From NCBI GenBank assembly GCA_964555255.1, contig CAZKRG010000003.1, positions 1 to 47,420 on the forward strand: 47,420 bases of DNA, in the 5' to 3' direction. Under the pieces are notes generated by a model, which saw only the letters and a list, made by a program, of their open reading frames with translations, was not told where the DNA came from and did not search any database. Shown in pieces: positions 29,324-39,146 of this stretch (position 1 is its first letter; each line of letters starts with the position of its first letter). The translations under genes and the position numbers were made by a program. Source of the stretch: an uncultured Candidatus Saccharibacteria bacterium. Its GTDB lineage: Bacteria; Patescibacteriota; Minisyncoccia; UBA6257; 2-01-FULL-56-20.

Positions 29324-29340
29324 CGCGGGAATTCTTATAA

Positions 29341-29745
29341 CTATCGCTTCGCCCACTGGGGAGCTCTTCGGGCTTTCTTCAAACCATACTTTTTCCGTTC
29401 CACCATCCGCGGATCGCGGGTAAGGAATCCAAACGCGCGAAGCTGGAGTTTCATCTCTGGGGTCTGTTTCACGATCGCCCGAGAAATCCCGTGGCGAAGC
29501 GCCTCCGCTTGCGCAATAAGTCCTCCTCCCATCACTTTTGCACTGATTCCCACTTTGTCTTTAAGTTTAAGACGTTCCAAAGGAGCTTCGAGCACCAATC
29601 GCAACCGGGAAAGCGGGAAATATTCCTCGAGCTTCCGATCATTCACCATAATTTCCCCCTTCCCCTTCGCAAGCCGTACACGTGCCACTGCAGTTTTCCG
29701 TCGCCCTACCGCTTCTACATATTTTTCTTTCTTTGTTTCGGGCAT
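29341..29745 (-). CDS. rpsI: 30S ribosomal protein S9
   Basis: GRRKTAVARV, LTRDPRMVERKKYGLKKARRAPQWAKR. Confidence 0.98.
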   Translation of the reverse strand: MPETKKEKYVEAVGRRKTAVARVRLAKGKGEIMVNDRKLEEYFPLSRLRLVLEAPLERLKLKDKVGISAKVMGGGLIAQAEALRHGISRAIVKQTPEMKLQLRAFGFLTRDPRMVERKKYGLKKARRAPQWAKR

Positions 29746-29840
29746 GATGTTTAAGATAAAAAATTAAAAAGAAAAAAGAAAAGAAATCGAGTTCCGCTGA
29801 AACGGAACACCTAAATTTTTATTTTTTATATTTTCTATTT

Positions 29841-30227
29841 TCATTTGACAATGATTAGATTCTTCAACCGCTGCGCATTCAAAAAATTCTTGGGAAGCAT
29901 CCGCCGCACCGCTTCGCGCAATACTTCTTCCGGACTTTTCTCCCACTTCTGCCCAAGCGTAAATTTTCGAAGGTGTCCCATATATCCCGTATGCCGATAA
30001 TAAATCTTTTCGTTCATCTTCTTCGGAACTAAATCAAGCTGCTTCAAATTTTTCACCACCACGCGCGCACCCACCTGGTTTGGAGCATAGTCCGGAGCCC
30101 TCTTCCCTTGGAGCATCATGGCGATGTCTGAAGCCACACGTCCCAGGCGTTTACCCTGGGCATCCACTTCGTATTCCTTTGGGAAAGGTTTTGGGGTTGA
30201 GGTTTTTGGTTTTAGGGATTTAGCCAT
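29841..30227 (-). CDS. rplM: 50S ribosomal protein L13
   Basis: VDAQGKRLGRVAS, YYRHTGYMG, AVRRMLPKN. Confidence 0.96.
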   Translation of the reverse strand: MAKSLKPKTSTPKPFPKEYEVDAQGKRLGRVASDIAMMLQGKRAPDYAPNQVGARVVVKNLKQLDLVPKKMNEKIYYRHTGYMGHLRKFTLGQKWEKSPEEVLREAVRRMLPKNFLNAQRLKNLIIVK

Positions 30228-30229
30228 GG

Positions 30230-30583
30230 TTATACAAATTCGATTACCGCGAGCCGGCTCCCATCCCGCTTCCTGGTTTTCGCAAGCTTCGTAATGCGCA
30301 AATATCCTCCATTCCGTTCTTTATATTTCGTCCCCAAATCATTTACGAGCTTCTGCACAATTACTTTATCATGCACCCGCCGGAATAAAAGCCGCTGCGC
30401 CGCGAGATCTCCGGCTTTTCCAATAGTGACCAAGCGCTCTACCGTAGGTCGGATTACCTTTGCACGCGTCTCGGTCGTTTCTATCTTTCCGGCACGAATC
30501 AAATCATTCGCCAAATTCCTGAGAAAACTTTGTCTTCGGCCTCGAAGCCGATGGAATTTCTTCCCTTTCTTGAGATGCCGCAT
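30230..30583 (-). CDS. rplQ: 50S ribosomal protein L17
   Basis: MRHLKKGKK, IETTETRAK, RNGGYLRI. Confidence 0.97.
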   Translation of the reverse strand: MRHLKKGKKFHRLRGRRQSFLRNLANDLIRAGKIETTETRAKVIRPTVERLVTIGKAGDLAAQRLLFRRVHDKVIVQKLVNDLGTKYKERNGGYLRITKLAKTRKRDGSRLAVIEFV

Positions 30584-30591
30584 AAAAGTAA

Positions 30592-31374
30592 TTACTTCTC
30601 CTCTTTTTCCTTAACCTTCCTTGATTTTTTCTTGGCGGATTTCTCTCCTTCCACTGCAGGAGCTTCAAACGACTGTACCACAATCAAACTTTCCGCCTTT
30701 GCAAAATACTCCTTTAAAATACCACTTGCTTGCGCCAATGCCTCCGAAGGCGAAATTGAACCGTCGGTTTCAATCTCAAGGCGGAGCTTATTGTAATCAG
30801 TACGATCTCCCACCCGCATGTTTTCTACAGTGTAATTTACTCGCAAGACAGGCGTAAAAATTGCATCCACCGCCACCGTGCCGATGGAAAGCCTGCCTTG
30901 TGCTTTCCGAGATTCCACTGGAGAATACCCCATTCCACGCTCCACCTTGAGCTCAATGTCCAACTCCGCATCCTTCGAGGTAAGGTGCGCAATAATTTCT
31001 TCTGGGTTCATAAGTTCTACCTCCGCATCCGCCGCAATATCCTCACCTGTCACCACCTTTTCTCCTTTGATTTTGAGAAGAAGCACGTGAGGTTCACTGG
31101 CGAACATTCGAAACCGCAACCGCTTAAAGTTTAGAAGAAGTTCCACTAAGTCTTCTTTCATCCCAGGAAGCGTCGAAAACTCATGAGGCGCATTTTTCAC
31201 CTTAAATTCGGTAATCGCCGCCCCCTGCAGCGAAGAAAGGAGAGTTCGCCGTAACGCATTTCCTATTGTAAGCCCATATCCGGCAAAAAGACCTTCAATT
31301 TCAAAAACCCCCTTCTTCGAATCCTCTGAAATAGTTTTTACCGCGATTGATCCTGTAAAAAGTGATACATCCAT
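30592..31374 (-). CDS. rpoA: RNA polymerase alpha subunit lacking the alpha-CTD
   Basis: GYGLTIGNALRRTLLSSL, HEFSTLPG, VENMRVGDRTDYNKL; ends at 260 aa in a Lys/Glu tail. Confidence 0.96.
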   Translation of the reverse strand: MDVSLFTGSIAVKTISEDSKKGVFEIEGLFAGYGLTIGNALRRTLLSSLQGAAITEFKVKNAPHEFSTLPGMKEDLVELLLNFKRLRFRMFASEPHVLLLKIKGEKVVTGEDIAADAEVELMNPEEIIAHLTSKDAELDIELKVERGMGYSPVESRKAQGRLSIGTVAVDAIFTPVLRVNYTVENMRVGDRTDYNKLRLEIETDGSISPSEALAQASGILKEYFAKAESLIVVQSFEAPAVEGEKSAKKKSRKVKEKEEK

Positions 31375-31450
31375 AGTATAAATTGGCAGTACGTTAACCT
31401 TTTAAAAGCGATTGCTAATGTATATCATAGAAAGTTCGCTTTGTCACTTC

Positions 31451-32071
31451 CTATTTACTGAATGCCTCGACAAGCAACTTTACTTCAAAAGGGAGCTCCA
31501 CATTATTAGGAATCGAAAGCACCTTCGCTTCTAATTTCTCTCGATCCAGCGAAAGCCAAGAAGGAACTTCGTATCTCCATTGTGGGTCACGGAAATGCCG
31601 AAGGATAGCTTTCGCCTTAGAAGATTCTTTCACGGCAATAACATCTCCTACACGCACCACATATCCGGGAGATCGCGTGATAGTTTCATTCACTTTCACA
31701 TGCCCGTGCACTAACATTTGCCGTCCTATCGCTCGAGATTCCGCAATTCCTACCCGGAAGAGAACATTATCCAACCGCCGCTCAAAAAGTTCGACAATTT
31801 TCTCTGCCGTAGATCCACGAGCCCGTTGTGCCTTTTCAAAAATACCCCGGAGGTTTCGCTCATTGATCCCATAACTCACCTTAAATTTCTGCTTCTCTTT
31901 GAGTTGCAGCCCGAATTCCGAAAGCGCTTTGGGATTCCTCTTCGAAGGCCCGTGGGCTCCAGGGCGATAGGGTTTCCGCACCAACGCACATTTTGGAGAA
32001 GCACACCGATGCGCTTTAAGTTGGAGATGCTCCCCAAGAGATCGCTCTTTTTTTTCTTTAGACCCCATCAT
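31451..32071 (-). CDS. rpsD: 30S ribosomal protein S4
   Basis: PGAHG, SEFGLQLKEKQK, ERRLDNV, HGHVKVN. Confidence 0.97.
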   Translation of the reverse strand: MMGSKEKKERSLGEHLQLKAHRCASPKCALVRKPYRPGAHGPSKRNPKALSEFGLQLKEKQKFKVSYGINERNLRGIFEKAQRARGSTAEKIVELFERRLDNVLFRVGIAESRAIGRQMLVHGHVKVNETITRSPGYVVRVGDVIAVKESSKAKAILRHFRDPQWRYEVPSWLSLDREKLEAKVLSIPNNVELPFEVKLLVEAFSK

Positions 32072-32107
32072 TGGAATAAATATGATACATGATCCGCTGA
32101 TTTTAGT

Positions 32108-32563
32108 CTATACTCGACGCACTTTCGGCGGCCTCGGCCCATTATGAGGCACAGCAGTCACGTCCTTGAGGGAAATAATATTACACCCGTGATTGATAAG
32201 TGAACGCACCGCAGAGTCCCTCCCGGATCCTACTCCTCGCACAATAACATCTAAAGAAGCAGGCCACGCAGATTTTAATTTTTCTCCAATCGCGGCGACC
32301 ACCTTTGAAGAAGCAAAGGGGGTAGCTTTCTTGGGACCAGAAAATCCCAAGGAACCAGCAGAAGCCCATGCCAAGACGTTTCCTAACGCGTCGGTCACCG
32401 TCACTGTGGTGTTGTTATAGGAAGCATTGATATATATTCTTCCCCGCTCGATGCTTTTCACCTTCTTTTCCGTCTTTGCTACCGCTTCTATCTGCTGCAC
32501 TGGAGAAAGAGAAGGCTGCACTGCCTCATCGGTTGTTTTTTTAGTTATTTTTGTTTTTCCCAT
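32108..32563 (-). CDS. rpsK: 30S ribosomal protein S11
   Basis: ASYNNT, KKATPFA, DVTAVPHNGPRPPKVRRV. Confidence 0.97.
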   Translation of the reverse strand: MGKTKITKKTTDEAVQPSLSPVQQIEAVAKTEKKVKSIERGRIYINASYNNTTVTVTDALGNVLAWASAGSLGFSGPKKATPFASSKVVAAIGEKLKSAWPASLDVIVRGVGSGRDSAVRSLINHGCNIISLKDVTAVPHNGPRPPKVRRV

Positions 32564-32584
32564 GAATGATTGTTTATCTCAGAA

Positions 32585-32968
32585 TTACTTCAATTCCACC
32601 TTTCGCTTCCCGCTTCCTGCCGTTTTACGAGTATTGCCACGCACGGTACGCGAGTTAGTCTTCGTGCGCTGCCCACGAACAGGAAGTTTGCGCGCATGCC
32701 GCAATCCTCGATACGTTTTAAGATCCTTCAACCGTTCGATATTGCGCCGCACAAGTTGCCGCAACTCTCCTTCTAATACATAGTGTTTTTCCGCAAAGGT
32801 CTGGATTTTATTCACCTCTTCGGCAGAAAGATCCTTCGCCCGCTTATTCATATCTACTCCAATCTCCGTCAAAATCCGACGACTCGCCGAACGTCCAATA
32901 CCACGCAGATACATAAGCGCAATCTCAATGCGCTTATTATCCGGAATATTTACACCAATGATTCTCAT
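32585..32968 (-). CDS. rpsM: 30S ribosomal protein S13
   Basis: MRIIGVNIP, YRGLRH..KLPVRGQRTKTNSRT; start is 32968, not the track's 33037. Confidence 0.97.
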   Translation of the reverse strand: MRIIGVNIPDNKRIEIALMYLRGIGRSASRRILTEIGVDMNKRAKDLSAEEVNKIQTFAEKHYVLEGELRQLVRRNIERLKDLKTYRGLRHARKLPVRGQRTKTNSRTVRGNTRKTAGSGKRKVELK

Positions 32969-32993
32969 TAATAATAGCTTTGCTGTCCTAGTC

Positions 32994-33107
32994 CTACCCT
33001 TGCCGTTGCTTATGCTTTGGATTGATACAAATAACATAAAGCTTGCCGCGACGTTTTGCCACGCGACACTTACTGCAAATTTTCTTTATTGAACTGCGTA
33101 CCTTCAT
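32994..33107 (-). CDS. rpmJ: 50S ribosomal protein L36
   Basis: Manual translation [37 protein letters not shown] (below the track's length cutoff). Confidence 0.96.
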   Translation of the reverse strand: MKVRSSIKKICSKCRVAKRRGKLYVICINPKHKQRQG

Positions 33108-33213
33108 CTTATGAAATAAATTAAATCAATACTCTCTAAATAGCTATCAAGCCTTGATTCTTAATTATGTACATACATATACACATAAAATTCAACGAAA
33201 TTCGTAAAAACAT

Positions 33214-33426
33214 TTATAATCTTCGCACAATTCTTCCTCGACGACCATCAGAACTAAGTTCAACCAGCACCCGGTCCCCGGGAAGTACCCGTATCCGATG
33301 GAGCTTCATTTTCCCAGCGAGATGCGCAAGTATTCCCCCCTCCCCAGGATGTTCTTTGAGTTCAACACGAAACGTGAGGCCAGGTAATGCCTCACGTATT
33401 ATCCCCTCCACTGCCTGAATTTCCAT
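33214..33426 (-). CDS. infA: Translation initiation factor IF-1
   Basis: [15 protein letters not shown]...[21 protein letters not shown]. Confidence 0.95.
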   Translation of the reverse strand: MEIQAVEGIIREALPGLTFRVELKEHPGEGGILAHLAGKMKLHRIRVLPGDRVLVELSSDGRRGRIVRRL

Positions 33427-33506
33427 CGTAAAATTGAGGAAGCTGCAGCCGCGTGCCACAGTAGAAGCATTCTAGAGTATTACAAGAAATATTGCAAGGA
33501 CTATAA

Positions 33507-35096
33507 TTATTCCACCGTAAGTACAATATGAGAAGAATTTTCCGGGACGTTCGATATCCAAAACGGCCAAAGAGAAACTTTTCCCTCCTCTAATCCCTGC
33601 AACCGTGCGATTGCGGTTTGAGCTTGATTCACTGAAAGACCCCGGAGGGTAACTTTAAAATCTTCGGGAGAAAAAACGGGTACAAGCACTGCCTGGATAG
33701 CCGAGGTAAACGTTGCCTTGCGGCTGCCACTAGAAAATTGGGCGGAGGTTGCAGTGAAATCAATGGAACGAAGTGCAAGAGGTCCGCCTCCTTGTTCCGC
33801 AATTTGAACCACAAGCGTTTTCAAATCTAATTCTCGAAACCCAATCGCGGTGAGCGTAGCTTCTCCAAAAACATCAAAATTGCCTTGGGAATCTGCAGCT
33901 TCATTTGCTACCATCTTTCCTAAAACAAAAGTACTCGCTCCCTCTGGTATTTTAAATCCATCAGGCTTCGTAGTGATAAATAATCCCTCGAGACTCGCAC
34001 GTAAGGTATCCACAGCTTTTGCTTTTGCCGAGGTAACATCTTGTGCCGTAGGCACCTTGGTCACACCCACAAATCCGCCCTTAGTCCCCGAAGGCAATGC
34101 CCCATAAAAAGTACTGAACTTAGGAGTCCCGCGAAAACCGGGAATGGTAAGGCGCGCCACAGGTCCTATGTTATATGCTTCCCCTGCTTTATCTGCAACA
34201 ATAACTGCGGTGGTACTCGCGGGAATGATCCCTCCCTGCCGAATCAGCGCTCCCGAGACTACTGTAGTTGCCTCTAAACGAAATATCTTCCCATCAGGAG
34301 CCTCAAAACGCGTTGCAGCTACAAATGTTTGGGGACTCGAGCTGTACGCATTATAAATAGTGAGCGTTCCTCGCGCACGTTCCACAACATTTTCTGAACC
34401 GGTAGCGGGAAATGATTGGGTAATGTTTCGGTTGAGCGTAAACACCTCAGCAGGGAGAATTCTCCCCACAGAATCAGGTTTCGAAACCGTGGCATCTGCG
34501 GTAAAAATCCCCGTAAAACTCCAAGGAATCTCTTTGAACTTAAGGGTAACCTCCGCGCGTCCCCAAAAAGCACTCACTACCCAAGCAAGAACAAACCCTA
34601 CAAGAACGACCCCCCCAAGAATAGCGGCTATAAAAAAACCTCGCGAAGATCGCATCACTCGTCGCCGCGAAGTTTTTTCCTCTATTTCTTTAAAATACTG
34701 TTCCTCTATAGAAAAAGATTCCTCCGCAACTTTCTTTTTCTTGACATCTTTCCGCTCCTCAGAAAACAACTCACCAATTGACCGATCCTGAAAATGACGG
34801 GACATCCCTTTCGTTCGCGGCACAATATCTCGGAGTGCAAGCCCGTTGAGAAATGGATGATCAGAAGCCAATCCTGCCTCCCGCGCATAGGCAAGCACTT
34901 CTTCATCCACAGACTCTATTGCCAATTTCTTTCCCGCAGCTTCCGCTTCACGGTTCAGAATATGAAAATTATTAAGCGACGCGGCAAGCTTAGAACTTTT
35001 CGGAATAACCAGAATAATTTCCTGATCCAAAGTCGCGAGCATCTTCCGTACCACCATCGAGACCGTATCACTTTTTTGCACAATGATCTTCTTCAT
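33507..35096 (-). CDS. Conserved CPR-type membrane protein with a baseplate-J-like extracellular domain
   Basis: Cytoplasmic N-domain, one TM helix, then ATG...ARGTLTIYN...ATRF..PDGKIFRL...ADKAGEAYNI...GGFVG. Confidence 0.65.
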   Translation of the reverse strand: MKKIIVQKSDTVSMVVRKMLATLDQEIILVIPKSSKLAASLNNFHILNREAEAAGKKLAIESVDEEVLAYAREAGLASDHPFLNGLALRDIVPRTKGMSRHFQDRSIGELFSEERKDVKKKKVAEESFSIEEQYFKEIEEKTSRRRVMRSSRGFFIAAILGGVVLVGFVLAWVVSAFWGRAEVTLKFKEIPWSFTGIFTADATVSKPDSVGRILPAEVFTLNRNITQSFPATGSENVVERARGTLTIYNAYSSSPQTFVAATRFEAPDGKIFRLEATTVVSGALIRQGGIIPASTTAVIVADKAGEAYNIGPVARLTIPGFRGTPKFSTFYGALPSGTKGGFVGVTKVPTAQDVTSAKAKAVDTLRASLEGLFITTKPDGFKIPEGASTFVLGKMVANEAADSQGNFDVFGEATLTAIGFRELDLKTLVVQIAEQGGGPLALRSIDFTATSAQFSSGSRKATFTSAIQAVLVPVFSPEDFKVTLRGLSVNQAQTAIARLQGLEEGKVSLWPFWISNVPENSSHIVLTVE

Positions 35097-35260
35097 CCTA
35101 ATGGTTAAATTTTAAAACAAATCTTCATGAAGGGAAAATGGGGACAACTCCTTGGTCTGCCTCACAATATTTATATTTATGCAAACACTCAAGGCTGGAC
35201 CAAGCCTACGCTGCATAAACATCGCGGGGTATCCTCCATCCCCCATACAGTTTACGGGCA

Positions 35261-37150
35261 TTATTCCACCACCGCACGAATACGGCGGATGCCAGCTGCT
35301 ATTGCTTCTTCCTTTGATATCTTAAACTTCCCAATCTCTCCTGTATGAACCACATGCGGCCCACCACAAAATTCGATAGAAAATGCTTCCGCAAACTGTG
35401 GCATTTCCTGCGTTGCTTCTTTCGGCCCTATCGAATATACAGAAACTCGATCCGGATACTTCTGTCCAAACTCATGCTCCGCATGGAGTTGCTCGGCGTC
35501 CTCGCGCGCCATCTCGGTCCGCAAGACCGGGAGATCTTCCGCAATTTTCTGATTCATCAGTTTTTCTACTTCACTGATTTGCTCGGGGGTAAGTTTCTCT
35601 CCCCACGCAAAGTCCAACCGCAACCGCTCTTGCGTGATGTTACTCCCTCGCTGTTTTACACTCGGCCCCAACACCACCTGAAGCGCTTTGAGGAGCAGGT
35701 GATGCGCGGTATGAAGTCGGGTGGTTTTCTCGGAAGTATCTGCGAGTCCTCCTTTGAATTTTTGCGTGACCCCTGCACGGGAAATATCCTGATGCTTTTC
35801 CATCTCCTCCGTAAATCCACTCTGATCCACGGGGATACCACGCTCCTTCGCTAAGTCCAAGGTAAGTTCGAGAGGGAATCCATACGTCGCGAAAAGAGTG
35901 AACGCCTCGCTGCCGGAAATTGCTTTTTTCTCCGCGAGCTTCTCGAATTCCCGCATCCCCTGCGCAAGCGTTGCCCGGAATTGAAGCTCTTCCGCATTGA
36001 TGATAGTTTCGATGCTTTCCTTCTGTTTCAAAAGTTCCGGATATGCATCTTCATACATGGCAATGATGGGCGCGACCACGGTACTGAACATGCCGGGAGC
36101 TATCCCCAGCACATCTGCGTACCGCACCGCCCGCCGGATAAGCCGGCGCACAAAATATCCTCGCTCTGTCTTCGAGGGATACACACCATCCGCCACCAGA
36201 AACACTGCGGCCTTCATATGATCGGCGATCACTCGAAAAGCATATCTCAAATCGCCCTCATACTTTTTCTGACTCGCTTCCTCAAGCATGGCAAGAATGG
36301 GCTTATGGTTCACCTCAAAAATATCGGCATTATTCGCCGCTGCCATACTCATCCGCTCCAGCCCTCCGCCGAAATCCACATTCCGCTGCGCTAACTTTTC
36401 AAACGAACCGTCGGGAAGCTTCTTGTATTCCATAAACACCGAATTGCCAATCTCCAAAAATCTCCCGCAATCGCAGTTCGGATGACACTGCGTGCCAAAT
36501 TTGGGGTCATGTGCAATCTCTGCAAATTCATAAAACACCTCCGAATCCGGCCCTCCGGGTTCTCCTGCGGGCATCGCTTTGGGCACCCCAGCCCGACTCC
36601 ACCAATTCTTTTCGGCACCATAATAAAATATCCGGCCGCCCTGCATTCCCCGCTCCGATCCTTGCGATTCGGTGAGAAGTTCCACATCTTTAGCTTCAAT
36701 TCCTTTCATTGCAAAAAGTTTCTTCCAAATCGCCACCGACTCCTCGTCACGGGGAATATTCCGCGCCGCATCTCCCGCAAACACGGTAACGTAAAGCCGC
36801 GCTGGATCGAGCTTCAGCACGTCGGTCAAAAATTCGAAAATCCACGGCAACTGCTCGGCTTTGAAATAGTCGCCCAAGGACCAATTCCCGAGCATTTCGA
36901 AAAAAGTGGTGTGCCGGTTGTCACCCACTTCGGGAATATCCACCGCCCGAAAACTTTTTTGGGAATTCGTGAGCCGCGTTCCCGACGGATGCTTCTGCCC
37001 CAAAAGGTAGGGCACGAGTGGTTGCATTCCGCTCCCCGTAAAAAGCGTCGTAGGATCATTCTGCGGCACAAGCGATGCCGAGGGAATCACGACGTGTCCC
37101 CGCTCGCGGAAAAATTCCAAATATTTTTGCCGTAGTGTTGAAGAATCCAT
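35261..37150 (-). CDS. alaS: Alanyl-tRNA synthetase (catalytic and editing domains, no C-Ala domain)
   Basis: DPTTLFTGSGMQ, HTTFFEMLGN, DFGGGLER, HTAHH, EFCGGPHV; ends at GIRRIRAVVE. Confidence 0.97.
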   Translation of the reverse strand: MDSSTLRQKYLEFFRERGHVVIPSASLVPQNDPTTLFTGSGMQPLVPYLLGQKHPSGTRLTNSQKSFRAVDIPEVGDNRHTTFFEMLGNWSLGDYFKAEQLPWIFEFLTDVLKLDPARLYVTVFAGDAARNIPRDEESVAIWKKLFAMKGIEAKDVELLTESQGSERGMQGGRIFYYGAEKNWWSRAGVPKAMPAGEPGGPDSEVFYEFAEIAHDPKFGTQCHPNCDCGRFLEIGNSVFMEYKKLPDGSFEKLAQRNVDFGGGLERMSMAAANNADIFEVNHKPILAMLEEASQKKYEGDLRYAFRVIADHMKAAVFLVADGVYPSKTERGYFVRRLIRRAVRYADVLGIAPGMFSTVVAPIIAMYEDAYPELLKQKESIETIINAEELQFRATLAQGMREFEKLAEKKAISGSEAFTLFATYGFPLELTLDLAKERGIPVDQSGFTEEMEKHQDISRAGVTQKFKGGLADTSEKTTRLHTAHHLLLKALQVVLGPSVKQRGSNITQERLRLDFAWGEKLTPEQISEVEKLMNQKIAEDLPVLRTEMAREDAEQLHAEHEFGQKYPDRVSVYSIGPKEATQEMPQFAEAFSIEFCGGPHVVHTGEIGKFKISKEEAIAAGIRRIRAVVE

Positions 37151-37271
37151 TCTAATTTCTATTTGCAACTTGCTCTTTGCTATTTGCTTCCTAGGGTATC
37201 ATGGTGAACATAAAATAAAAAGAAGGGCCGCAGGGGCACCTTCTCTTTTTTTTACGACTCTGCGGCCCGCC

Positions 37272-37751
37272 TCAATCCATAGGAATCTCGTCCGGATCAT
37301 GGATAATCCGAAGAAGTTGTACTCCATGGCGCTCCTTCATAAGTTTGCGGAAAGCTGCTGCATTCCTGCCACACTCCTCGCCATAGACCTTGCCCAACGG
37401 ATCCACTCCATTGCTATATCCCCCGAGAACCACGGCAGTTCCCACGGTCCAGACGGAAAGAAGGTCCTCGACTTCTTCAAGTGTACCAAGCCGCTCTGTC
37501 CAGCACACGAACCGGGTATTCGTTACCTCCGAAAGATGCGTGTGGATGCCTTTGCGTCCTTCGAAAAAAAGCGACGAGGGAGTAAGTATTTCCACTTCAT
37601 GGTGGGGAAATTCCGGAACTTTTTTAGCCCATCTCTGGTAAAACGCCACAGGATCGAGGGAAAGCTTCCCAAGAGATTCCACGCGATGAACGCGGAATTT
37701 GAAGGCATTGACTTGAGGGCGCGGGACAGCAATATCAAATAATAATTCCAT
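37272..37751 (-). CDS. Hypothetical protein
   Basis: ORF co-oriented with its neighbours and followed by a GGGCCGCAG/CTGCGGCCC hairpin; ATG 37751 preferred over 37883. Confidence 0.55.
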   Translation of the reverse strand: MELLFDIAVPRPQVNAFKFRVHRVESLGKLSLDPVAFYQRWAKKVPEFPHHEVEILTPSSLFFEGRKGIHTHLSEVTNTRFVCWTERLGTLEEVEDLLSVWTVGTAVVLGGYSNGVDPLGKVYGEECGRNAAAFRKLMKERHGVQLLRIIHDPDEIPMD

Positions 37752-37911
37752 AACTGAATTCTTTCTTGGTTGATTGTGGTTGTCAGTTTCCACCACGCCA
37801 CAAAAGCGCAGTGCTTCCGACACCATTCCACAAAACGAAGAATGGGTCAAGAAAAAACAAAGACCACCGCAGCGTTGCACCACAGTGGTCTTCGATGAAT
37901 TGTGAGGTTTA

Positions 37912-38970
37912 TCACCTCGATACTTCTCCCGCTACTGGCGTGAGAAGCGCTTCCTGAATTTCTTGGTAAGTGCGTTTGCCCTTGGCAAGAAGCCACATGA
38001 GTTTTACATACACTGCCACGTCCGTGAGATTTCCACTCTCGATCGCGCCCGCATCGAGCGCTGCTTTTCCCGACCCATAAATTCCCGCGTGAGTGGTGCC
38101 ACCAGTAAATTTAGTGGTAATCACTACGGGAATTCCCAATCTGACTGCCTCCTGGATACAAGGAATAAGGGAGTACTCCTCAAACGAGGGAACGTTCCCC
38201 GCGCCCAGGGAACGTAGTATGAACGCCTGGTACATGCCACTGGAGATAATACGTGACAGTTTTTGAGGGTTGGTCCCAGGAGACAAGTCGAGCGTCATAA
38301 TATCACTGTTGAAGTGAAAATCGAGTTTGTCATCAGATTGGAACGCTTGGGTTTTTGAGCAAACTCGCCGGGCAGCCGGGGCAAAGGTGATGTCGTTCAG
38401 TCCTGACATCGTCGCGAGCGGAGGAAAGGCGGGCGACTCAAAAGCATCGAACTTTGACTCGCTATTCTTCATCGCACGCGTCCCGCGTAGAACGTCGTAA
38501 CTAAAGACAATCATTACCTCCGCGATGTTCTGCCTGGCCGCTTCGAGTATTACCGCCACCGCATTCTCCACATTAAACTGAGCATCTGACCGATCTGTAA
38601 AAAGAGAACGCTGTGAACCAGTGAACACCACGGGGATTTTAAGGTGATTACCCAACGCAATCCCGACCGCCGTGGCACTGTAGGCCATAGTATCGGTACC
38701 ATGTGTGAGAAGAATTCCACAGTAGTTTCCACTCTGGGTCGCTTCGGCTATAATCGTTGCGAATCTCGTCCAGTGAGCTGGAGTGAGGTCCGTGCTGTCA
38801 CGGTTCTCGATCTGCCGAACTTCAATGTCTTCTCGTTTTTTCAGGACAGGGATGGCTGTCAAAATGTCATCCACTGTTTTTGCGGGTACGAGAGCTCCGT
38901 CTGGACCCGGCAAGCTTACGATAGTGCCGCCGCAGCCTAGAACGAGGATCTTTTTTTGTTTTTCTTCCAT
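37912..38970 (-). CDS. L-asparaginase (cytoplasmic, type I-like)
   Basis: GCGGTI, DST, THGTDTMAY, VFTGSQ, RAMK, FDAFES, GAGN. Confidence 0.92.
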   Translation of the reverse strand: MEEKQKKILVLGCGGTIVSLPGPDGALVPAKTVDDILTAIPVLKKREDIEVRQIENRDSTDLTPAHWTRFATIIAEATQSGNYCGILLTHGTDTMAYSATAVGIALGNHLKIPVVFTGSQRSLFTDRSDAQFNVENAVAVILEAARQNIAEVMIVFSYDVLRGTRAMKNSESKFDAFESPAFPPLATMSGLNDITFAPAARRVCSKTQAFQSDDKLDFHFNSDIMTLDLSPGTNPQKLSRIISSGMYQAFILRSLGAGNVPSFEEYSLIPCIQEAVRLGIPVVITTKFTGGTTHAGIYGSGKAALDAGAIESGNLTDVAVYVKLMWLLAKGKRTYQEIQEALLTPVAGEVSR

Positions 38971-39081
38971 ATTTACCTCTCAAGTTGCTGACGCCACATC
39001 GCTTTGTGGCCAAAGACCGTATTCGTACGGTGCACATAGAATACATCTTTTATTAAAAAATGTAAAGGAAAAAATGCCCAT

Positions 39082-39121
39082 AAATTTACACTATCTTCCG
39101 ATCGGAAGATAGTGTAAATTT
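39082..39121. repeat. Perfect 40-bp palindrome centred on TCCGATCGGA
   Basis: AAATTTACACTATCTTCCGA|TCGGAAGATAGTGTAAATTT, just downstream of rpoD. Confidence 0.85.
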
Positions 39122-39146
39122 CTCTTTCCTTTCTTCCTACCGTCTT

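Noticed and set aside
33507-35096. Prophage baseplate gene
   Set aside because: There are no other phage genes; the protein has a TM helix and sits among housekeeping genes.
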